Source: a bacterium (GTDB lineage Bacteria > UBP6 > UBA1177 > JAGLDR01). Taken from it: 51,221 bases of DNA. Positions within the stretch are counted from its first letter, which is position 1; the number at the start of each line of letters is the position of its first letter. This document shows positions 19,433 to 29,976 of the stretch, one piece after another. The position numbers and the translations under genes are program-made. The stretch lies in contig JAGLDR010000027.1 in the NCBI GenBank assembly GCA_023145475.1, forward strand, positions 1 to 51,221. The letters run 5' to 3'. A model generated the notes under the pieces. The model was not told the origin of the DNA, searched no databases, and saw only the letters and a list, made by a program, of their open reading frames with translations.

Positions 19433-21628
19433 CTACTCCTCACAATCGGGATCCTTTCCGCCGTCATTAATTTCCCATTTATAAGTGCTGATTAGTTTCT
19501 GCCTCGCTGCTTCGCTCGTGCAGTATTTGCTGCCGCCTGCGTCAAATCGCACACCGAAACGAGGTGTTAATTTACTCCACGCTTGCAGTGTATCATCATA
19601 ATTTGCGGTGGAGAGAGTCACGCCTTCAAACATTTCTAACATACTTGTTTTTGTTGGTGGATCAAAAGGTCCGCCATTATCCATTGGATATATATTTGAA
19701 ATATCCCACGCAGCTAAACTTTGATCAAATGAGGTGGCTCCTTTGAATAGTGAGTACATATTCTCAAAGTTTGAAACATCCCATGAGCTGAGATCTTGAT
19801 TAAACGAAACGGCATTTTGAAAAACAAACGGCATCGATAAAAAATTTGAAGTGTCCCAAGAATTTATTTTACCATTGAATGATTGTGCTCCTAAAAACAT
19901 AGATACAATAAATGGAGTATTACTCATATCCCAAGAATCCAAACTTTGATTAAATGTAACATTGTCTCTAAATAGAGAGCTCATATCTTTTATTTGTAAA
20001 ATATCCCAAGAGTCTATTTTTTGATTAAATGCTACTGCCTCCCTAAACATTCCATGTATGTTTTCTACTTTTGACACATTCCACAAGTCTATTTCTTGAT
20101 TAAATACTACTGATCCTAGAAACATCTCTTGCATTGTGGTGACGCTTGAAACATCCCACTTATCTATTTTTCCGTTAAATGTCACTGATTCTGCAAACAT
20201 TCTTTCCATTGTGGTGACTTTTGAGGTGTTCCAACCATTTAAATCGTGGTTAAATGCTTCTGCTTTTTCAAACATTCCACTCATATCGGTGACATTTGAA
20301 ACATCCCATGAACTGATATCTTGGTTGAATGCTTCCGCTCCTTCAAACATTCTACTCATATCGGTGACATTTGAAAAATCCCATAAGCTGATATCTTGAT
20401 TAAATGCTTTTGTATATGAAAACATACCACTCATATCGGTGACATTGGAAACATCCCATGAGCTAATATCTTTATTAAAAACGCCACCAAACATCCAGCT
20501 CATATTAATAACATTCGAAACATTCCAAGAATTAAGATCCTGATTGAAATAAGCGTTAGCAAGCATTCCTCTCATATTTGTGACACTCGAAACATTCCAC
20601 GAATTGATGTTTTGATTAAATGATGATCCACTAAACATACTACCCATATCGGTGACATTAGAGACATCCCACGAACTGATATCTTGATTAAACCCTGATT
20701 CCTTAAACATCATATTCATATCGGTAACATTGGAAACATTCCATCCACTGATATCTTGATTAAAATTCTTAACTCCATAAAACATCATATTCATATTGGT
20801 AACACTAGACACATTCCATCCACTGATATCTTGATTAAAATCTTTTACTCCACAAAACATTCCATTCATATCCTGTATATGTGAGAGATCCCATGAACTG
20901 ACGCCCTGATTAATCACCATTATTTTAAAGAACATAAATTTTGCACTTATAACATTTAGAAGATTTGGAGCATCTATCGCCTTCAAACTCAGATTTTCAC
21001 AACTAGAAAAAGCTTTTTCCATTGATTTCCATTCAATTGTTCCCCACTGTTCAATCGACACAATCTTTTCATTATCATAGTCATTACGAGAAGAGTTGTC
21101 ATCAAAGTAAATCCGAGGGAAATCTCCTGTGATTGAAACGGTGTAAGTTCCCGGTGTTTCATATTCACAGGTGTAATCTCCCGTTTGATGGTGCGCCTCT
21201 ACAATACCATCACTATTGCAGTCAATAGCGTAATTGTATCCATCACCTTGTGTTGGAATAATGATTTGATTATCTTCGGAAACGCCCTCGTTGTCAGTCT
21301 TCCAAGTGGTAACAAATGCTCCTGGAATAAACTCACAATTTCGACCACTGAAACCAGTGCCTAAGCAGTTGCAATGATAACCATCAGTTTTGTCAGTGCA
21401 AATTCCGCCGTTTTCACAAGGGCTTGAGTCACAATAAATGATAATAATATCTTCATCCTGAATTTCATCTTTATCAGGAATCAAATCTTGATCAAAAGTG
21501 GTATCTTTATCGTGGACAACATCATCAATAATAACTGAATCTTCATCTGAAGTTGCAATGTTGTGTACCGAGTGAGTGCAACCTATTTGTAAAAAGAGAA
21601 GTAGTAATAGTAGTTTTTTCATTTTCAT
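19433..21628 (-). CDS. Surface lipoprotein: EGF domain plus BspA-like/DUF285 (PARCEL) repeats
   Basis: Lipobox QIGC; EGF CDSSPCENGGICTDKTDGYHCNCLGTGFSGRNCE; FVTTWKTD domain; many ~25-aa FNQDISSWDVSNVTDMSGMF repeats; start overlaps upstream stop (TGATG). Confidence 0.88.
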   Translation of the reverse strand: MKMKKLLLLLLFLQIGCTHSVHNIATSDEDSVIIDDVVHDKDTTFDQDLIPDKDEIQDEDIIIIYCDSSPCENGGICTDKTDGYHCNCLGTGFSGRNCEFIPGAFVTTWKTDNEGVSEDNQIIIPTQGDGYNYAIDCNSDGIVEAHHQTGDYTCEYETPGTYTVSITGDFPRIYFDDNSSRNDYDNEKIVSIEQWGTIEWKSMEKAFSSCENLSLKAIDAPNLLNVISAKFMFFKIMVINQGVSSWDLSHIQDMNGMFCGVKDFNQDISGWNVSSVTNMNMMFYGVKNFNQDISGWNVSNVTDMNMMFKESGFNQDISSWDVSNVTDMGSMFSGSSFNQNINSWNVSSVTNMRGMLANAYFNQDLNSWNVSNVINMSWMFGGVFNKDISSWDVSNVTDMSGMFSYTKAFNQDISLWDFSNVTDMSRMFEGAEAFNQDISSWDVSNVTDMSGMFEKAEAFNHDLNGWNTSKVTTMERMFAESVTFNGKIDKWDVSSVTTMQEMFLGSVVFNQEIDLWNVSKVENIHGMFREAVAFNQKIDSWDILQIKDMSSLFRDNVTFNQSLDSWDMSNTPFIVSMFLGAQSFNGKINSWDTSNFLSMPFVFQNAVSFNQDLSSWDVSNFENMYSLFKGATSFDQSLAAWDISNIYPMDNGGPFDPPTKTSMLEMFEGVTLSTANYDDTLQAWSKLTPRFGVRFDAGGSKYCTSEAARQKLISTYKWEINDGGKDPDCEE

Positions 21629-24129
21629 CACCACATAAATAGAGTGTTTGAGGTGCCTGAATTTTGATTACAGGTTGGAGTAGTCCATGGTAAAATATAT
21701 GGAGTTGAGTTAATCTTAGGTTTTGAAGAGAGATAAAAAGTACTATAGAAGTGTTCTATATTACTAGAAGCATTTGAAAGAGTATAGGTGACATCAGCAA
21801 AATAAAATGAGGTGGAATTATTGAAATTATCAGGTAAAAACATGGTATCATTTAAGGTATAAATAAGATCTCCATTTAGAATAAAGTGCATTGGTAAACT
21901 TACTTTATAATAATTCAATCCTTGCTCTTCCAACACTTCATTACTACTATAATAAAAATTAACTTCCTCAATATTTAAATTATTAGGATTATAAACTATA
22001 ACCTCTGGTTTATATTTACCATCTTGATTAACAGGAGTTGTAACTGTTGGGATATTTGGTATTGTTCCTAATCTATCATCATCTAAGTTAACATCTTGAT
22101 TATTATTTGGAAAATCAAGATGATTTTTTAACCAGTGATAAGTTCCGCTATTGAGACGCATATAAAGCATATGAAGAAACTCAACTGTATCACCTATTTG
22201 AGGTGTAACCCAATCATGCCCTCTGTTATATTGAATTGAAAATCTGCTTAAATCCTTATTGGCCATAGAATCATAAGTGCTATTCAGAGCATTCAGTGGA
22301 AAATATTCATCTGTTGCACCATTAAGAAAAAGTGTTGGCACACGATTTCTTGTTATAAGTGCATCTTTTCCAACAATTTGATCTATAAATGCCATCCAAT
22401 CGGGTGTTGTATCATCCTGCGCGTTATCTGTACAAACTCTTAAAGCATTTATCCAAGAATTCTGTGAAGCGACCGCATCTTCAATCGCAAGAGATGAAAT
22501 AGTGGGAACAGCAACTTTAATTCTATCATCAACTGATGATGCCAACAGTGTTGCAATACCTCCAGCAGAGCCACCAAGCATGGCAACATTCTCCATGTCA
22601 ATGTCATCATTCTCGGCGGCAAGTGTGATAGCTCGCATTGCGGCGACAGTGTGTCCCCACATCCAAGAACCTCGTGGATCTGGTGAGGAATCAAAAAACT
22701 TATCATTTTTATCAGGAACACTATAATAAGTATGATCTGTGCCTGTTGACCATTCAGTGTTAAAATTAATTTCCGTCAAACCTCCGCTCTCATCTCGGAT
22801 AGGTTCTTTATTTATAAGATCCCATTCATAAGGACCTCTTCCAGGACCTGAATAATAAATTACAAACATATTAAGCTCTGCAGCAAGAGTTTTTGTATAT
22901 TTATGACTAGCAAACCCACCGCCACCATGAGACACAATTAAAAGTGGCAATTGTTCTGTTACATTTGCCGGCTTTGCCGCATAAAAATAAATTTCAATAT
23001 CTTCTTTCTCTCCATTATTATATTCCCATGATTTGAACTTTCCTTCATAGGAAATCACATCTTTTGATATACAATTTCCAAGTTTATCACTAGTTCCAAG
23101 AATACAGGCATAGGTTTCTGTTTCATTAAAATTATTCCAAGAATCAGTGCTATTTGCGATGAACGGATTTTCTGTGGTGATTGCCGCCATTTCACTATCA
23201 AGCCATGAAATACAAGTTAAATCTGAGTTTGCACCATTTAAATAGCCACTATCACAATTACAAAAAGGTTCATTTGTACTATAGTTATAATGACAAGTTC
23301 CATCATTACATCTATCAGTGAAAAATGGAGAAGGACAATCTCCCACATACATTGCATCATCACATGAAGGTATATACAGGCGCCTACAGGCAATATGCTC
23401 TCGTATCCACTGCTTGAAAACGGTCAAATCATCATCCATTATTATATATATCGAGCCATTTGCCTCAAGGAAAGAAAATGAAAGAAGCGAACTCGATTGC
23501 AACACCGGTGAAAGATCACTCACACTGCTTCCCGCAATATTCAAACTTTCCAGCGAAGTGAGCAGTTCAACACCTTCAATCGAAGTAAGAGCGATGCTAT
23601 TACAACTGAGAGTTGTTATCTGATTAATATTTGTATAACCATTAATATCCATTTCAGCGGTAATACATGCCTGAAAACCAGGATCAGGAACCGTAAACAG
23701 CTCAACGGAATGATTCAGCGTCGCAGCAGCGTAATCACCACCCCAATAATCTTCAACCTGCATATTGACCACAACGGCGCCACTATCTGGATGCGTATAA
23801 TTAAAATCAACATGATCAGACGCAATCGCCGTGCAAACACCACTGCTCATACAATCAAGAAGCGTCCCATTTGTGCTGTGCCAATTGTTTTGAGGATCTT
23901 TTATATTCCTATAATAATCATAATCTTCTGGATAGCTTGGATTGATTGAAAACCATGATGAGAACTGCATTCTATAGTGACAAACGCCCGTCTGTTCGCA
24001 CTCGGAGCCATTCAAAATGGTGATTGTGTCAACTGACGCAAAAAGATTCATAACAAGCAAAATAGTTGCAACAAAAACGGCTAGTTTGGCACGATTCTTA
24101 CAAAAAATAAAACGAGAAAAAAGACTCAT
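21628..24129 (-). CDS. Secreted mosaic protein: internalin-like LRR, EGF-like domain and alpha/beta hydrolase
   Basis: Signal-like N-terminus after AAGGAG RBS; VPDPGFQACI cap plus LRRs; C-x-C-D-S-G-Y EGF-like segment; SHGGGG, GGSAGG nucleophile elbow, GATDE, RGH. Confidence 0.7.
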   Translation of the reverse strand: MSLFSRFIFCKNRAKLAVFVATILLVMNLFASVDTITILNGSECEQTGVCHYRMQFSSWFSINPSYPEDYDYYRNIKDPQNNWHSTNGTLLDCMSSGVCTAIASDHVDFNYTHPDSGAVVVNMQVEDYWGGDYAAATLNHSVELFTVPDPGFQACITAEMDINGYTNINQITTLSCNSIALTSIEGVELLTSLESLNIAGSSVSDLSPVLQSSSLLSFSFLEANGSIYIIMDDDLTVFKQWIREHIACRRLYIPSCDDAMYVGDCPSPFFTDRCNDGTCHYNYSTNEPFCNCDSGYLNGANSDLTCISWLDSEMAAITTENPFIANSTDSWNNFNETETYACILGTSDKLGNCISKDVISYEGKFKSWEYNNGEKEDIEIYFYAAKPANVTEQLPLLIVSHGGGGFASHKYTKTLAAELNMFVIYYSGPGRGPYEWDLINKEPIRDESGGLTEINFNTEWSTGTDHTYYSVPDKNDKFFDSSPDPRGSWMWGHTVAAMRAITLAAENDDIDMENVAMLGGSAGGIATLLASSVDDRIKVAVPTISSLAIEDAVASQNSWINALRVCTDNAQDDTTPDWMAFIDQIVGKDALITRNRVPTLFLNGATDEYFPLNALNSTYDSMANKDLSRFSIQYNRGHDWVTPQIGDTVEFLHMLYMRLNSGTYHWLKNHLDFPNNNQDVNLDDDRLGTIPNIPTVTTPVNQDGKYKPEVIVYNPNNLNIEEVNFYYSSNEVLEEQGLNYYKVSLPMHFILNGDLIYTLNDTMFLPDNFNNSTSFYFADVTYTLSNASSNIEHFYSTFYLSSKPKINSTPYILPWTTPTCNQNSGTSNTLFMW

Positions 24130-24349
24130 GACGGACTCCTTTAAATTATGCAAGAAACAACATTCTATTTTTTATAACATTTGCTGAAAAAGATGTCAAG
24201 GGGATATTTGAAGGAGAGTATCCACTTCTCTCAACAATGACTTGATATTTGTCAGCTAAACAATAATTTTAAAATAATTTCAATAAATATCTCTCTCTAT
24301 GGTTACTAAACTCTTAAATGTTTGTGCTAACCAATTAGGAGAAGCTATT

Positions 24350-27300
24350 ATGAAGAATTTTCAAATGTTGTTCGTCTTATTTCTTACCTTTTTTACCATC
24401 TTTTCTTGTGGTGGCGGAGATTCGACATCCCCGCAGAGTCAAAATCCATTTAAGGATGGAGAATCTCACCTTATTCGAGTTGGAAATCTTGAGATTGATG
24501 AGGGGAGAATCTATATATCACTTGATACAAAAGGTGAATATAGTATGAATATCCCCTTTAAACTATACGATAAGAACAGCATCACTACAGATATTAAGAT
24601 TGTTGTTACCGATCTCAATGGAGAAGAGAAAAGTGATATGGAACGAGAGGATTCAACAAAAATCTCAAAAGATAACACAGAGATTAAAATAGCCCTTGGA
24701 AAAGATTTTCTTCCCGAACTTGAAGAGCTCACCCCACTGCTCATGGACTATCAAATTAGATGGGAAACTTTCACATTGCGTGGCATTACCTCCCTCTTTA
24801 GAATTTCACCTCGCATTAAAACGAAGGTTTTAGGTGGAGAGACGATTCAGACAGGTGAGCCATCAACATTTAGACTTTTTGTGAATGACATGCGCTCTGG
24901 CCAGCCGCTCAACTCATCTCATGACACCACACCTCTAAAAGAGTTGAAAATCTCACTCTACAATGATGAAACACTCCTTTCAGAATTCACTGGAAAAACA
25001 GATAAGTTTGGAATGGCAACAATTCCTATCACCGTTGATCAAGTAGTTGACACATCCTTAAAGATGATTATTACAACCGAAACAGAGATGGGCACACGAA
25101 GTATTGAAACAACTATCAGCGAAAACAATACTCCAAAAGGAAGCAAGGTACTTCTCACCACCGATAAACCCATATATCAACCAGGACAAATTATCCACAT
25201 TCGTTCACTCTTTTTAAACACTCCCGATAAAACACCAATCCCAAACCGCACGGCAACACTAGAAATTAGTGATTCAAAAGGCAATAAAGTATTTAAGAAA
25301 ACGGCGAAAACCAGTGATTATGGTGTCTTCTCTGCTGATTTCAAATTAGCAACGCTTGTCAATATTGGAGCATATACAATCACCTTTATTGCCAATGAGA
25401 CAATCCTTCAAGAAAAAACAGTCAAAGTGGAGCATTATGTGCTTCCAAAATTTAGCATTGAGTTTAAGTCAGAAAAACAATTTTATCTTCCTGGCGACAC
25501 GCTAAAGGGTGAAATTTCATCTCAATATTTTTATGGAAAACCTGTTTCAAATGCACTGGTTCATATAGAAGCAAAAAAGACTGACATATCTGAAACAACC
25601 TTTAAAATTATAGATGCCACTTTAACAAAAGAGGGAAAATATAATTTTGAACTTACCCTGCCATCTTACTTTACAGGCACCCTGCTCGATCAAGGAAAAG
25701 CATCAGTATCACTTGAAATCACTGTTACAGACTCTGCCAATCATACTCAATCAATAAAAAAGAGTCGCACAGTGGCTAAATCTCCCATTATTGCAACAAT
25801 TGTCCCGGTTGCTGGTAAAATACTTCCTGGTGTTGAGCAACAAATATATCTCATCTTGACCGATCCAAATGGTGCTCCTATCGCTAGCGAAGTGGTTATA
25901 ACATCCGGAGAAGAGAGCAAGAAAGTTATGACTGATGCGGCTGGTTTTAATGAGTTCTCAATTACTATCGCCGATTCCCAGTTAATTACGGCTACTGTCA
26001 TCGTTAATGGAAAGAAATATTTCTTTAGCAGCAGTGCAAGAAAAGCGGCAACAGATGAGTTCCTCTTTCTTACTACCGATGCCTCTATATATACGGTCGG
26101 AGAGAGCATATCTATCAACCTTTTCACAGGATTTGACCCATCTACACCCGAACCTTCAGATCTTCCCGACAGAGCATATCTCGACATTCTGCTTGGTGGG
26201 CAGATATATCTTACGAAAACCATTGAACTTTCTGAAGGAAGTGGCACACTTGAGGTCACTATCGATGAGAATCTTTCTGGTCCTGTTGAGATGATTGCCT
26301 ACTATCTCACAGATGAAGGTAATATCATTCGTGCATCAAAAGTTATCTTTATAAGAAAAACATCATCTCTCGCTATCGAATTTTCCACTGACAAAAAAGA
26401 GTATCGCCCTCGTGATAAGGCGGTCGTCACTCTTACGGTGAAGGATAACGATGGAGAGGCCGTAGAAGCGGCATTAGGTATCGCAATGGTTGATGAAGCT
26501 GTATTCCATGTCATTGACTTTTTACCGGGAATGGAACAGAGTTATTTTGATATCGAAAATTCAATAATGGAGTCTAATTATACCATATATGGCATCAGCT
26601 ATGACGACATTTGTACAGAGTCAGAAGATGAAGAGAGAGATGAAGTGGTCAACAAAAAAACAGAGGCATTTTTCTCAAGCAATGACGCATTTATGCAACA
26701 CGAAATCTCTCTGGACAACTATACAAGTATTGAGAAGGATTATCACCGTAAAGCACGCGAAGTAACAGCGAGACAGATTCAACAGATATTCCAAGATTAT
26801 AAGGACAACAACCATCCTAACTGCCTAGATTTTAACATGAATGACAGCAGAATTGCATCAATTCTAGAAAAGAGTGAAAACGCAGACTCGTGGAACAACA
26901 CAATGAGTGGAACAGCAGACGAATTCACAGAGTTGAGCGGTAGAATAACAGTAATATCCGCCGGTCCAGATGAGATGGTTGAGACAGAGGATGATATTCT
27001 CGTTACTACGACCATCTGCATACAAAGAGATGACTGGGGTGAAACAAGTGATGAAGCTGTTGGTGACACAGGTGATACATGCGACACCGGCAACACGGGA
27101 GATACAGCCGACACAGCCGACACCGGAAGCAGCAGTGTTAAAGTTCGTGAGTGGTTTCCTGAAACGCTCTATTACAATCCTGAATTGATAACCGATGAAA
27201 AAGGGATAGCAACGATAAACCTCACAATGCCTGATTCTATTACTACCTGGCGAGTAACAACACTCGCAAACTCAATGGGTGGCGATTTAGGAAGCTCTTT

Positions 27301-29239
27301 AAATTCTATCCGCGTATTTCAAGACTTTTTTGTTGATATTGATTTTCCTGTTTTTCTCACACAAGATGATGAGATATCACTCCCCGTTGGCATATATAAC
27401 TATCTTCCACAGCCACAGACAATCAAGCTAACAGCCGATTCTGAAGCGTGGTTCTCAATGTTAGGAAGTGCAACAGTTGAGGTTACCGTTCCTGCAAACT
27501 CGGTCTCTGCTATCTACTTCCCTATCAAAGTGCTTAAAATAGGGAAACATACAATGACGATTCATGCTGAGGGAACACTTCTTTCGGATGCGGTTAAACG
27601 CTCTGTTACTGTCCTTCCAAACGGCATAAAGCAATCGGCATCTGACAGTGGAATACTCAAGGAAAATAAAAACATAACTCTCACCATTCCACCAAATGCC
27701 ATCAAAGATAGTGAAGAGCTCTTTATAAAAATATATCCAAAACTAATATCACAGACAATTGAGGGGCTAGATGCCATATTGAAAATGCCATACGGCTGCT
27801 TTGAACAGACATCATCTGCTACCTATCCAAATGTGCTTCTTCTCAACTATCTTGCAAAAACAGATGCTCTTACTCCCGAAATTGATTTGAAAGCGAGAGA
27901 TTATGTGGCACAAGGATATCAGCGTCTGCTCACATACGAGTGCACAAATGGAGGCTTCGAGTGGTTTGGAGAGGATCCCGCACACTTTGTTCTCACCGCA
28001 TACGGACTTTTAGAATTTGTCGATATGAGTGCCGTACACTCTGTTGACCCTGACATTATCACGAGAACAGCAAAATGGATGGTAGAGAAGCAAAATAGTG
28101 ACGGCTCATTTGAACCATCAAGTGGTGGAATTCAAGAGGGAGCAATCAATAATTTTACGAGCTCTCTCTTACGAACAACAGCCTATGGCGTCTGGGCACT
28201 ATCGCGCGCCGAGAAAGAGGATAGCGCTGTAGCAAAAGGGGTGAGCTATATAGAAGCTAACTGTTCAGGAGATGAAGATGCCTACACTATCGCAATGAGT
28301 GCTATCGCCATTCTTAATGGCGGCGGAAACTCATCTGCGGTGGATACATTGATTACTAAACTGTTAGAACTGAAGTCAACAACCGAAGATGGTGCCACAT
28401 ACTGGACGCAGACAGAAAAGACAGAGACATACAGCGACGGGGATAATGCAACTCTTGAAACAACGGCACTTGTTGGACTTCTTCTTGTGCAAGATGGTGG
28501 ATACAACACAACGGTACAAGAAATTCTTGATTGGATTACACAACAAAAGGATTCGATGGGAACATGGCAAACCACGCAGGGAACAGTCCTTGCTCTTCGT
28601 TTTATGATTGAGTCTCTTGGCGGCACTCCGACAGAGACAAATGCAACAGTTAAAGTCAGTGCCAATGGCTCACCTGAGAAAACCATTATTATTACTCCTG
28701 AAAACTCAGATGTCTTACGATTAATAGATTTCAAAGAAAATAGAGTCGCTGGTGACAACACCATTGACCTCTCTTTTACGGGAAGTGGAATGATGGCCTA
28801 TCAATCTGTTGCCTCATGGTATATTCCAGGCGAAGAGGTAGCAGAGTCAGGACCTCTTGAAATCCAGGTAACATACGACAAGACAACGCTCCAGGTAAAC
28901 GATACAGTCGCTGTCACAGTAACCGTCAAAAATATATCTGATAGTGGCGTGAATGTTATTCTCGCAAGCATCGGTCTGCCTCCAGGCTTCACCCTGGTTA
29001 GCGACAAACTGACAGCTGCTGTTACAAGTGGGGAATACCTCCAAAAATTTGAGACAACGCCGCGACAAATCATTCTCTATATTAACCACATCAACCCTCT
29101 TACCACCGCAACATTTCACTATGATTTAATAGCCGATTATCCAATAAAAGGCTCGACTGGAGAGTCATCTGTAAAACCTTACTACAACCCACAAGAGAAA
29201 AACATCAACACAGCTCAAACTATTACCGTCTCAGAGTAA
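24350..29239 (+). CDS. Alpha-2-macroglobulin family lipoprotein with intact thioester motif
   Basis: Lipobox IFSC; TDKPIYQPGQ, YVLPKF, VREWFPET, MPDSITTW, MPYGCFEQ, TTQGT; start reassigned to MKNFQ after AGGAG. Confidence 0.93.
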   Translation: MKNFQMLFVLFLTFFTIFSCGGGDSTSPQSQNPFKDGESHLIRVGNLEIDEGRIYISLDTKGEYSMNIPFKLYDKNSITTDIKIVVTDLNGEEKSDMEREDSTKISKDNTEIKIALGKDFLPELEELTPLLMDYQIRWETFTLRGITSLFRISPRIKTKVLGGETIQTGEPSTFRLFVNDMRSGQPLNSSHDTTPLKELKISLYNDETLLSEFTGKTDKFGMATIPITVDQVVDTSLKMIITTETEMGTRSIETTISENNTPKGSKVLLTTDKPIYQPGQIIHIRSLFLNTPDKTPIPNRTATLEISDSKGNKVFKKTAKTSDYGVFSADFKLATLVNIGAYTITFIANETILQEKTVKVEHYVLPKFSIEFKSEKQFYLPGDTLKGEISSQYFYGKPVSNALVHIEAKKTDISETTFKIIDATLTKEGKYNFELTLPSYFTGTLLDQGKASVSLEITVTDSANHTQSIKKSRTVAKSPIIATIVPVAGKILPGVEQQIYLILTDPNGAPIASEVVITSGEESKKVMTDAAGFNEFSITIADSQLITATVIVNGKKYFFSSSARKAATDEFLFLTTDASIYTVGESISINLFTGFDPSTPEPSDLPDRAYLDILLGGQIYLTKTIELSEGSGTLEVTIDENLSGPVEMIAYYLTDEGNIIRASKVIFIRKTSSLAIEFSTDKKEYRPRDKAVVTLTVKDNDGEAVEAALGIAMVDEAVFHVIDFLPGMEQSYFDIENSIMESNYTIYGISYDDICTESEDEERDEVVNKKTEAFFSSNDAFMQHEISLDNYTSIEKDYHRKAREVTARQIQQIFQDYKDNNHPNCLDFNMNDSRIASILEKSENADSWNNTMSGTADEFTELSGRITVISAGPDEMVETEDDILVTTTICIQRDDWGETSDEAVGDTGDTCDTGNTGDTADTADTGSSSVKVREWFPETLYYNPELITDEKGIATINLTMPDSITTWRVTTLANSMGGDLGSSLNSIRVFQDFFVDIDFPVFLTQDDEISLPVGIYNYLPQPQTIKLTADSEAWFSMLGSATVEVTVPANSVSAIYFPIKVLKIGKHTMTIHAEGTLLSDAVKRSVTVLPNGIKQSASDSGILKENKNITLTIPPNAIKDSEELFIKIYPKLISQTIEGLDAILKMPYGCFEQTSSATYPNVLLLNYLAKTDALTPEIDLKARDYVAQGYQRLLTYECTNGGFEWFGEDPAHFVLTAYGLLEFVDMSAVHSVDPDIITRTAKWMVEKQNSDGSFEPSSGGIQEGAINNFTSSLLRTTAYGVWALSRAEKEDSAVAKGVSYIEANCSGDEDAYTIAMSAIAILNGGGNSSAVDTLITKLLELKSTTEDGATYWTQTEKTETYSDGDNATLETTALVGLLLVQDGGYNTTVQEILDWITQQKDSMGTWQTTQGTVLALRFMIESLGGTPTETNATVKVSANGSPEKTIIITPENSDVLRLIDFKENRVAGDNTIDLSFTGSGMMAYQSVASWYIPGEEVAESGPLEIQVTYDKTTLQVNDTVAVTVTVKNISDSGVNVILASIGLPPGFTLVSDKLTAAVTSGEYLQKFETTPRQIILYINHINPLTTATFHYDLIADYPIKGSTGESSVKPYYNPQEKNINTAQTITVSE

Positions 29240-29308
29240 AAATTTGCAATCAATACCCATTCTTGTAAAATGAAATCGAACTTTTTGCAGGAGATGTAAA
29301 CAGATTTT

Positions 29309-29956
29309 ATGATTGCTCTAAACACGATATTCTCATCACTTCAAGGCGAAGGTCCATTTCAAGGGTATAACACTCTTTTTGTCCGCTTACACGGCTGTAA
29401 TTTGCGCTGCAGCTGGTGCGATACAGCAGAATCCCAATCGGGAGATGCCCCACAAACCGTATCAACCTCAGAGTTAATTGCTCTGATGGGACAAAACAGT
29501 GCAAAACATCTCTGTATAACGGGAGGCGAGCCACTTTTACAAGAGGATGAGTTAACAACCATGCTTACTGCCATATCACAAAACTATACAACAATTTCTA
29601 TTGAAACTAATGGTACCTTACCAATTACAAAAATGGCATATCGCGTGCCAAAAGCACTCTTTTCTGTCGATTTAAAGCCACCTTCAAGTGGGCATAACAT
29701 TTTTGACACAGACAACTACAAACTGCTTGCACAACGAGGATGGCTGAAAATTATTGCTAACGATGAAGATGATTTAGCCTGGATTGAACGGCAGCTTGAC
29801 TATCTTGCCACACTTAAATGTGAAATCTTCATATCTCCCGTTGCTCAAAATGGTGACGAATGGTACAAAACTGTTGCTCACTGGATTATGAAACATGGCA
29901 ACAAGGCTCCGCTTCGAATGCAGCTACAACTTCACAAACAGATTGGTCTTTTGTAG
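29309..29956 (+). CDS. queE: 7-carboxy-7-deazaguanine synthase, radical SAM
   Basis: SLQGEG, FVRLHGCNLRCSWCDT, ITGGEPLLQ, IETNGT, QLQLHK. Confidence 0.9.
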   Translation: MIALNTIFSSLQGEGPFQGYNTLFVRLHGCNLRCSWCDTAESQSGDAPQTVSTSELIALMGQNSAKHLCITGGEPLLQEDELTTMLTAISQNYTTISIETNGTLPITKMAYRVPKALFSVDLKPPSSGHNIFDTDNYKLLAQRGWLKIIANDEDDLAWIERQLDYLATLKCEIFISPVAQNGDEWYKTVAHWIMKHGNKAPLRMQLQLHKQIGLL

Positions 29957-29976
29957 TGCAATTGAAAGATGAATAA

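Noticed and set aside
19243-19467. 74-aa ORF spanning hairpin copy 2
   Set aside because: Overlaps the gene end and the repeat; no RBS or coding features
19700-20900. DGR template/variable repeats within the DUF285 gene
   Set aside because: Repeats are in-frame protein repeats; no reverse transcriptase and no adenine-specific pattern noticed
29309-29956. Dpd-type 7-deazaguanine DNA modification island
   Set aside because: No dpdA, queC, queD or folE in the window; a lone queE is ordinary
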